DNA of 64,000 nucleotides from Geosiphon pyriformis uo1 (taxonomy: Eukaryota > Fungi > Glomeromycota), in NCBI GenBank assembly GCA_016748015.1, contig JAAOMT010000760.1, forward strand, positions 820,216 through 884,215, given 5' to 3'. Shown one piece after another: positions 14,710 through 24,489 of the stretch. How positions within the stretch are numbered: position 1 is the stretch's first letter; the number at the start of each line of letters is the position of its first letter. A program made the translations under genes and the position numbers. The notes under the pieces are model-generated. The model was not told the origin of the DNA, ran no database searches, and saw only the letters and a program-made list of their open reading frames with translations.

Positions 14710-14940
14710 AAATATAATATTGTGTGTAATAATTTTATCTTTACACAAATTTTTGGTTAAAAAATAAAGTGCTATTTTATAATTTTTAATGATTATACTT
14801 AATGTAAAGTTCACTTAATTTAAACATTTAAATAAATAAACTAAAAAATTGTGAACATGAAAAGTTTAAATTTAACAACTATTCAATTATTTGATTAAAT
14901 GCATATAATATCTCATAAATCTGTCTGCCATAATATATGT

Positions 14941-15808
14941 TGTTACTCATAGAAATATAGGAAATATATTAGCATAATTATTAGCCAATCAGAAGTAAGC
15001 ATAGAAAAGGTGGAATTCCAGGATTTCTTTCAGGAATTGCAGGATTCCAAGAATTTCAGAATTCCTAACAAGAAATTGCAGGATTCCAGAATTGCAGGAT
15101 TCCTTTCAAAGGAATCGCAGAATTCCAGGAATTCCAGGATTCCTGTCGTAAAGAATCGAGGAATTGAGGAATCTCAATTATGTATATATAGCAGTAGTAT
15201 TAGAAACAGAAAAGACAGAATCAATACCATAGAATTTTTAGCCTAAAAACACAATCATCAGATAAATAATTATTCCATATCTCAACTCACTTTCCACTAT
15301 TAACACTTCATGTTGATAGTAATTGATACTTAACCACACTAAAACAATAGCTCTTGATCACGGCTATTGATGGAATACTAATCTGCAAATTGCCTTGGCC
15401 TATTTTTTTTTTTTCTTTATTTTTCTTTTATTTATTTTTCTTTATGTTATTTTGATTTGTTGTTGTATACTAATTGATTAAAAGGATTAAGCGCTGAGTT
15501 ATTGACATCAAGGATAGCCTGGTAAAAGACCCAGAAATAAGGGTAGAATTTTATATATTATCGGATAGCTTACCAGAAGGGCATGACTGCCAAACTAAAT
15601 CCAGCCACCACACTAAGAAAGAAATTGGAAAAACTCTTGGGAAAATACATCTACTATCAACACTATTGAATCTCTGTCTATTATACAAAGGACTCCATCA
15701 AAACCTTCAGATACAACATCTTCAGATCACTATCAACTGCTATTAACTTCGAGCACCAAGTTACAGGTTTGTTATTTAATTCAACAGCAGAAATAATCAT
15801 CTGTAACA
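14941..15808 (+). repeat. 5' LTR of copy 1
   Basis: TGTTAC...GTAACA; CCAAT at 14985, GGA(A)TTCC/GC array ~15012-15170, TATATATA at 15183. Confidence 0.97.
15012..15190 (+). promoter_or_regulatory. U3 tandem motif array plus TATA box (putative LTR enhancer/promoter)
   Basis: About three ~39-bp units of GGAATTGCAGGATTCCAGGAATTCCAGGATTCC between the CCAAT and TATA boxes. Confidence 0.6.
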
Positions 15809-15810
15809 TT

Positions 15811-15827
15811 TGGTGCTCCCTGTGAAG
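15811..15827 (+). other. Primer binding site of copy 1
   Basis: TGGTGCTCCCTGTGAAG, 2 nt after the LTR end; complementary to a tRNA ending GAGCACCA. Confidence 0.85.
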
Positions 15828-15870
15828 TATAATTCTACAGAGAACTAGCACTGACAATACCAAACCAAAA

Positions 15871-18800
15871 GTGGCAGAATCAGAAAATATAGGAGCAAAC
15901 TATTTAGGATTTGCAAAATCCTTATTTCAACACTATTGTCAATACTTGGGATTAAACCACAATCATATATCTACCAAATCAGCCTTCAATTTCTACGTCA
16001 ACAAAAAAATTTTTTCTTTATTAGGAACACCAGTGAATACTGAATCAGCAAGGGAAACTTTCTATAAGGAATTAATTCAAAACACCAACCTACCAACAAA
16101 CCATAATTTTGCATCCATCATCACTAAGATCAACAAAGAAATTGAACATCACACTCAACAAAAATATCCAATTACATATGCTAGTAAAGGCAAGGGAAAA
16201 TTACAAACACCAACAGTAATACCCAGAAAAATACAGCCATCTGCTTGGAAAAAAAACAGAGTTGAATCCCCAAGCAACCTATCCTACCACTATACACCTA
16301 GAAGTGCCATCAACATATTATCAACAGACACATTGACATCAACTGTGACATTAGCATTTGGACGATTCTCATTCCAAAGTAGACAAAGGAAAACAGAATT
16401 GTTAGGACCATACAGCGAGTACTTTGAGAGATTTAATTCGCAATCATCAACCCCATTAGAACTTTGATCACCACCGCCTCCACCAGATTTCGGAATCTCT
16501 GACCCGTGGGAAGCAGTGGAATCAGAAAAAGAGAAAGAAGAATCAGAGGATTAAGAATTCACTTACCAGCACCCGATCACTAAAAACCTGAAAGTTGAAA
16601 CCCCGAACCTTCAAACTCAGCAACAGTTGAAAAATCCAGAAATCGAAACTCCGAATATTCAAATGCCACCAAATCAAAGAAATCAAGGACCCAAATTAAT
16701 TAATCAGCAAAACATATCTCCAGTAATTGTCATCAATCAACCACCAATTAATCCCATAGCCGAACCCATACAGCAGCCACTTTAGCTACTACTCCAACAA
16801 CCAGGACAACAACAACTGCTTCAACAGCCACCACAACCACCTAACTTAGATCCAATGGCCTACGCACCAATCGCAAAACTCAACAACTTTACTGGCGAAG
16901 AGGATAACACTCAAATATGGCTGAATGATGTAGAAAAAGCCATTGCAGCCAACAGATGGAATGACACTTGAGCAATGCAAGCCATTCCCTACTTTCTCAA
17001 AGATACTGCCGATTTATGGTATCAGAGCCTGGTTAATAAACCACAAGATTTCAATGCCTTTAAAGCAGAATTTCTAAGATACTTTAGCAATAATAACAGC
17101 ATCAATCGCCTAGTTAATGCATTCACCATCATAAAACAAGAAGAAACTGAAGCAGTTACCACTTATCTGGGATGCTTCCATCAAAACCTACGCCAAATTC
17201 AAGCAATTAACACCAATTATTTCACAGCACCACAGATACTCAATCAGTTTATCCATGTCTTGCACAGCAGCATCTTGCAACATGTATGGCTATTGCATCC
17301 AAGTACTCTTTAAGATGCAGTTACATGCGCCAGAGATTTTGAATCTGCCGAGTCAAAGGCTAACCACGCCCAAGCTGTTAATCTAGTAATGAACAGATCA
17401 TCTGAATTGGATTCCAAATTAGAGAAGTTCAGTAAATCAATTAATAAGAGATTGGAAGGATACTTAGCTAACAATCATGCCATTTATCAGCCTCTACAAT
17501 GACGCAATAATCAAGGAAACTCTAATCGAGCCCAAAATCAACCACGCCCATCTTCATCAACCAATCAACAGTGGCAACAGAAAATGCGTATCTGCCACTA
17601 TTGTGGTAAACAAGAACATATCCAAATTGACTGTTGCCAGCATCTAAATAATCAACAATCGGGAAATCAATATCGAAACTCTGATTGCCGGTTCCAAACT
17701 CTGAATCATTATCCAAATCAGAGTCAAGACCAATATCGAAATAATTACCTGTCCATGATGCAGCAACCAATCTATCAACCGCCAGTATATCAACCTCCAA
17801 TTCATCAGCCGCAGCCATAAGTAATATATCAACCGCAGCCACAAATTATCTATCAACCCCAACCAATTCAAACACCAACCCAGAACCAAGCTCAAATAAC
17901 ATCAGGCAGCCCTCAATCCAGAGTTACTCAAAACTAGAGATCAGCAATGGTTGTTCACCAACTGATCTCCAGTTTACTAAACTCACCATCAGGATCATGC
18001 ACCTGGAATTTGGATACCAGTCATATCCAAAACCCAAATTCTCAACATTATTTAAGTCTCCTAGTTACCCCAGAAAATGCCACTTTTAACAACACAGAAT
18101 CCAATCAGCATGTATCTACCAACACTATTCCACCGGCAACCATCTCTAGTGACGAATCCCTAGCAGCCATCTTTCCTTTCGAACTCAAAAAAAACACAAC
18201 AATACCATTATTCAGTAGAGCTGCTCTCGAAGAGAAACCCATAACAGCAATGTACATGGATGCCAGAGTTGATAATCACCCCATCAAACTCATCCTAGAT
18301 AGTGGATCAACTGGCAGCATAATTACTAGACAACTCATGGATTAATTAGGTCACCGAGTTGATCAAGCTGCCAGCACCAGAATCATCACAGCCGATGGAG
18401 CGACCAAAACTCCAATCGGTGAAATCGACGATTTCTCTTTTGAAATTAATGGCATCATGACTCCTATTAAAGTTCTAGTAATGGAAGCCACTCAATACCA
18501 AGCTCTCGTTGGTAATGACTGGCTATCCAAAGCCAACGCAACATTAGACTAGAACACTCAGGAACTCCAGCTAATGTATCAGGGCCAACACATATGTGTT
18601 CCGGCCACATGTGGCCACTTCAAAATTCCTCCAAGAGAAAAACTATTGATCAAGCTGGAGGAGGAGAAAAAAAAGCCTACCTGGGAAGCCTACCAAGTAT
18701 TGTGGGCTGACGAAGAGCACAATGAGCTGCCGCCAATACTCTTCTGGGATGACAACAACAAAGAAAAAGAGAAACAAAAAGAAGAACTTACCTGGGAAAC

Positions 18801-21800
18801 CAATGACCTGACATGGACCAACAATGACGAGAGCAAACTGACTTCAAGTTGGGAATGGGAAGAAGACAAAGAAAATAAAAGGAAGGAAAAAGAAAAAGAA
18901 ACTACTCAAACCACCACCACTTATAACACTTACACTACACCACAATAATTTACCTATCGTCAATCCAAGCTTATATGCATCGATTGTGGCAAGAAATTGT
19001 TGTCAATGGGCGCATGCTGTGGAGACGATGAGGAATATTCAATGGCAACTAGGTTCTATTGCTGCCCATGCGTCCTTGAATGCTTTGGAAAACCAAAACA
19101 AGTAGGGAAATGGGACAATCAGTCATGCTTAGCTTGTGGAGAAACTTTCTTGGATGAAGAAATGTGGCATAACATTCCTGGACATGGAGGAACGTGCGAC
19201 ATATCATGTCAATACACGATTCTAATAAGTGACTGGGTAAGGAAAGGAACCCCAATAAAAGCAGCCTGGAGAAGAGCCGTACAGTGACTGGACAGTTGTC
19301 CACATGATGATGACAAAATTTGGTGAATGGCACTTGCAAAAATCAAAGAGGCGACACCAGAAGAGATAAAAATGATCAAAGACAACCCCCTTAAACCTTT
19401 AGAGCTTGACTGGGATGCAGAACCCATCATAAACCTTCTGGATCCGGAACAATTCCATGAACACTATCAAGAATTAGCACCCACAAGAGAAGAACAAAAA
19501 CAACAGTTAGAGCAGTTGAACGCTCGACTATGTCAACACTGCCTAATTCCTTGTGACTTCCAGTATTGTGATAAGTGTGACCTCATTTACAATCCACTAC
19601 CACACATGATCTACATGATCCCAGAAAAGGAAGAACCAATCAGCAGCTGCACATCAGAATCAGAATTGCCAATCAATCGCGATTCAAACTCCAACAATAA
19701 TGATGACAACAACAGTTCAAGCTCCATTCAAAATGGCAATGACAATGACAATGATTTCAACTCAGATACAAACTCCAATTTAAATTATGTACAATACATT
19801 GCACTACCAGATCTTTCCAAGAAACAAGAGTTGAAATGGTATAGTGACAATGGAGAAGGTATTATGCCAGAATGTATGCATGATACTGATGCAGAGTTTG
19901 ATTTGAGATATCCAGAAAAAAATGCCATCAAATTGGAACCACATTCATGCACCTGCATTGATCTGAAAATAGCACTAGAAATTCTGGCAACAATCATGGT
20001 TCAATTAGCATCTAGGAGTAGTTTAGTGAAAAGAGGGATTAATATAAGAAGAGGAATAATTGATGCGGGATATGTAGGAAATATCATCACTATGCTACAA
20101 AATGACTCAGAAAAAGCCTATGTAATAGAGCCCAATAAAAAAATAGCACAGACAATATTCCTGCTTCTGGTTAGAATAGCTCAGTTAGTATCAATGGGAA
20201 AAAGGGAGGAATTAGAAATAACGGCGAGAGAAATACAAGGATTCGGATCCACAGGTAGAATAAATATACCAGTTAACATGGCAGAGGAAAAAATTGTTGG
20301 CCAAGGAGAAATTATCTCAACTGGTCAAGCTATTTCTATTCCACTATATAGCCAGTACATGTTAGCAATAGAAAGGAAGGAAAAAGAGCAAGAACAGATG
20401 TTTGAAGCGGAAGCAACCCTTTGTAAATTGGGAGAGATTGGGTTGATCAATCTCTACATACCAGCCAAAAGCTATAGCAGCATAAAAATTCCCATCTACA
20501 ACAACACTGGCAATGTTATCAACATACCAAAAGGAACCACCATCGGATATTTAACCACAGAAATAGAAAACCAACTGCCAAACCCCATTCCAAACTTTCC
20601 ACAACTTTGTAGATATGTTGACATCACCTCACAAACAATCTATGAATGAGACGAATGTTATTTGCTCCAACCAGAACAATTAGAACAAATGAACATGGGA
20701 AACTTAGATCCACTCCAATATATACAGCTCAAGATGTTACTCAACAATTTCAATGACATCTTTGCCAGCGAAAATAAGTTTGGCTGAACTGACATCATCC
20801 AGCATCAGATCAAGACTGGAGATGCAATGCCAATCAAACAAAGAGCATACAGAGTGCCGCCAGCCAGCCACAAAATTATTCGTCAAGAGATAAACAGAAT
20901 GCTTGACAACGGGCTAATTCAACTATCAATGAGTCTATGGTTGTCACCAGTGGTACTTGTCTGTAAGAAAAATGGAAAAATCTGGTTTTGTGTAGATTAC
21001 AGAAAACTCAATGGTGTAATTCGTGAAGACAGTTATCCAACTCCACAAATACAGGAATTATTCAATGCTTTTGGTGGGAACAAATGGTTCTCCACATTAG
21101 ATTTGGATAGTGGTTACTGGCAAGTAGCCATGAATTCAACTGACAAAAAGAAGACGGCATTTACTACTAGAGAAGGGAATTTTGAATTTGAAGTAATGCC
21201 ATTCGGCTTAACCAATGCCCCAGTGACTTTCCAATGGCTAATGGAAATTGTTTATACAGGCTTATTGTGGAAATCAGTAGTTATATACTTGGATGACACC
21301 AATGTATTCTCGAAGACGTTTGATAATCATTTCATCATCTTCAACAGTGTTCGAAAAACTAAGAAGAGCAGGACTAAAGCTAAATATGACAAAGTGCTTC
21401 TTTGGCAAGACAGAACTCAAATTTTTGGGACACATAATCAGCAAAAACGGCATCAAAACGGATCCAGAGAAAATAGAGATAGTAAAGAACTTTCCAGTAC
21501 CAACCAATATAACAGAACTGAAATCATTCTTGGGATTTGCCAGCTACTATTGTCGTTTTATCAAGAACTTTTCCAAGATAGCACAGCCACTCAATCAACT
21601 ACAAAACAAAAATGCAAAATATGAATGGACAGAAAGTTAACAAGAAGCTTTTGATATTCTGAGAAAAAAGCTCATCCAAGCTTCAGTGCTGATCTATCCA
21701 GATTACAGCAAACCATTCATCATCACTACTGATGCATTCGGCCAAGCATTGGGAGCAGTATTATCTCAGAGAGAACCGGATGGCAGAGAACATCCAGTAG

Positions 21801-22087
21801 CATATGCCAGCAGAGGTTTAACACCAGCCAAAAAGAACTATGGAACACTGGAACAAGAATACTTAGTAATATACTGAGCTGTCATAAAATAGAAAGAATA
21901 CTTGAGCCAGAAGTTTGAAGTATACACAAATCACAAGGGATTGACATCACTCCAAAAACAAAAATTTAGAGATGGAAGACAGTCAAGATGGAAAATGGCA
22001 CTTGCACCATACAATTATACTATATATTACAAAAAGAGAAAAGACAACAGAAATGCTGATGGTTTATCACAAATAAGACAAATCTAA
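15871..22087 (+). pseudogene. gag-pol: ORF1 of copy 1: N-terminal domain, Gag, zinc knuckle, aspartic protease, Cys-rich domain, dUTPase, pseudo-dUTPase, RT, RNase H
   Basis: ORF fragments starting at 15871, 16975, 17584, 17947, 18574, 18997, 19327 and 20827 share one frame. Motifs CHYCGKQEHIQIDC, LILDSGS, DAEFDL/SRSS/IDAGYVG/GFGSTG, MPFGLTNAP, YLDD, TDAFGQALGAVL, ADGLSQ. In-frame stops and a frameshift near 21335. Confidence 0.93.
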
Positions 22088-22150
22088 GAACATTTCAACC
22101 CAAAAATATAATAAAACCAGAACAATACCAATGGAAAAATACAACAAAAG

Positions 22151-23802
22151 ATGAACATACAAAAATATCAACAATTACAACATTATCTAAATACTCAACA
22201 GTTCAAGGAGAATTTATCTCATACGGAACGAAGGAGTATCAAACAACAATCAAAATATTTTATCACTCACCAAAATATACTTTATCAGAAAAATAGAAGA
22301 GATCCAGATCAACCAACCAGAGTAATTACGGAGCCAGAAAAAGAGACAATATTATTCAACATGCACTCAAATCCAACAGCAGGACATTTTCACAAAAAAG
22401 CAACCATGGAAAGAACTAAAAAAAGATATTATTGGCCATCAATGTACCCAGACATCATTCAATATGTTCAAAATTGTGATGCTTGTCAGTGAAGAGGAGG
22501 AACAAGACCCAGTAAACCATTAAGACTAATCAAAGTGAGACAACCATTTGACCGTATGGGAATTGATTTAGTCGGACCATTAACAATTACCAGCAAAGGA
22601 AACAGATACATAGCAGTAGCTGTAAACTATCTCACTAAATGGCCAGAGGCAAAAGCAATTCAAAGAGCGGATGCAGAATCTGTTGCCAAATTTGTTCATC
22701 AGGAGTTGATTTGTTGACATAGATGTCCAAAAGAATTATTATCAGACCAAGGAACTCATTTTGTGAACAGAACATTAACTGAATTGAGCCAAAGATTCGG
22801 AATCAAAAGACCATTATCATCACCATACCATCCACAAACCAATGAATTAGTAGAAAGATTCAACAGAACATTGTGTAAAGCAATAGCCAAGCTCAGCCAA
22901 GAAAACCAAAACAATTGGAATTTGTTTATACCATCAGTACTATTTGCTTATCGGACAATGAAACAAGATACTACACAAGCAACACCATTTGAATTAGTAT
23001 ACGGGAGAATAGCAACGTTACTAATAAAGAGAGAGAAATTAACACATATCCAGCTGAACCAATAACAGAGGAAAATTTTCAAGAAACATTGCTAAGAAGA
23101 ACATATGACTTAATAGAAACATTGGAAAACAAACGAAGAAAAGCAGCTGATAATATTCAAAAGTCACAAGAAACACAGAAAAAAAGACACAATAGTCAAC
23201 TACCAGACAAACCAGTTGAATTCAAGATCGGAGACAAAGTATTACTACATCATACCAAAGTGAAAAAACAATGGAGTGGAAAATTTGACCCCAAATGGGA
23301 TGGACCATTTCACATAAAAGAAATTCTAGAAAATGAAGCTTACAAATTAAGATTGGATAACAAAATTTTAACCAAAGCAGCACATGGAGATTGACTGAAA
23401 CCATATCACAACANNNNNNNNNNNNNNNNNNNNCAAGAAACACAGAAAAAAAGACACAATAGTCAACTACCAGACAAACCAGTTGAATTCAAGATCGGAG
23501 ACAAAGTATTACTACATCATACCAAAGTGAAAAAACAATGGAGTGGAAAATTTGACCCCAAATGGGATGGACCATTTCACATAAAAGAAATTCTAGAAAA
23601 TGAAGCTTACAAATTAAGATTGGATAACAAAATTTTAACCAAAGCAGCACATGGAGATTGACTGAAACCATATCACAACATTACACTACCATCTACCAGT
23701 AATATTCCACAATTAGGAGTACAGAGAATACTAGTCCAACCAGATAAGATTCCACGAGATTTGGAACCAATCATTATTATCAACAACAACACATTAAATT
23801 GA
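22151..23802 (+). pseudogene. ORF2 of copy 1: integrase (HHCC, DDE core, GPF motif), no chromodomain
   Basis: HSNPTAGH...CDAC, GIDLVGPL, SDQGTHF, HPQTNELVERFN, WDGPFHI. Includes a gap and a duplicated 247-bp segment. Confidence 0.9.
23167..23680. repeat. 247-bp exact duplication flanking a 20-N gap (assembly artefact)
   Basis: 23167-23413 is repeated at 23434-23680 directly after the N run; copy 2 lacks this duplication. Confidence 0.9.
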
Positions 23803-23826
23803 TCTATTAAAAGAATATATAAAGAC

Positions 23827-24475
23827 ATGGTAGACATGACAGGAAATATCAGAAAAATGGAAATTACAGACAACATTTACTCACTAGCACAACAACTCTT
23901 TCAATTAATCCAACACCAGAAAATGGAGATAACAAACTATTTGATATCAAGATACTAAAAAGACATTGCAACCCAGAACACAGAAGAAAACTGAAAATAC
24001 AGTGGACAAAATCATTGTGAAAGTAAAATTAGCAATAAAAGAATCGACAAAAGAGTCACTATATCAAGAGTTGACTAAAGAAACTTGGAATTAGTAGATA
24101 CAACAATTCCCACGAAACTATTGTTATTTTTACTTGGGACAACATGTAAATATTCAGAATCTATATACAGATAAAACAAAACAATTATTCGACAAAAAAA
24201 TACTACAACAATTAGAACATTTTGTGGAAAAGAACAACTTATCCACACAAGCCCAAGCTATATACCGAATACACACAGCATTTCAAGATAAACCAGAAAT
24301 ATTACTCAACAGAGCAATGGATATGGTTACCAGTAATCAATTGGGGAAAATCACCAATGCTCAATTTGAAAAATTACAGACCCAAATAACACAAGTAATT
24401 CTCAAAAACGAAATCTAGGAAATACTTCAAGAAGGGGAATTACATGAATTAGATTTTGACAGAGCTCAATATTAA
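23827..24475 (+). pseudogene. ORF3 of copy 1: unknown ~215-aa helical protein in the env-like position
   Basis: MVDMTGNIRKMEITDNIYSLAQQLFQLI...YCYFYLGQH...AQAIYRIHTAF...LGKITNAQFEKL...DFDRAQY*. Collinear with the copy 2 ORF; one frameshift; stop overlaps the PPT. Confidence 0.75.
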
Positions 24476-24486
24476 AAAGGAGGGAA
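24474..24486 (+). other. Polypurine tract of copy 1
   Basis: AAAAAGGAGGGAA, 3 nt before the 3' LTR. Confidence 0.9.
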
Positions 24487-24489
24487 TAA

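Noticed and set aside
15012-15170. CRISPR-like or heat-shock-element reading of the U3 array
   Set aside because: There are no unique spacers, the context is a eukaryotic LTR, and spacing mostly does not fit nGAAnnTTCn.
15010-15246. 78-aa ORF open in both copy 1 LTRs (also 24559-24795)
   Set aside because: It is the translation of the stop-poor U3 repeat array, runs across the TATA box, and its start differs (GTG vs ATG) between the LTRs.
15681-15863. Antisense ORF across PBS/U5, similar to 35973-36194
   Set aside because: Similarity is explained by DNA homology of the two elements; the ORFs are short with different starts.
17522-17895. Antisense ORFs over gag (also 33372-34065, 49613-50092, 57765-58557)
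   Set aside because: Shadow ORFs of compositionally biased coding strands with no recognisable motifs.
21325-21350. Programmed frameshift inside RT
   Set aside because: Copy 2 reads DDHLHYLQQVFE uninterrupted, so these are copy-specific small deletions.
23167-23680. Duplicated integrase C-terminus
   Set aside because: Same gap-overlap artefact; absent from copy 2.
23827-24475. ORF3 as an envelope gene
   Set aside because: It is short and hydrophilic, with no visible signal peptide, fusion peptide or transmembrane anchor.
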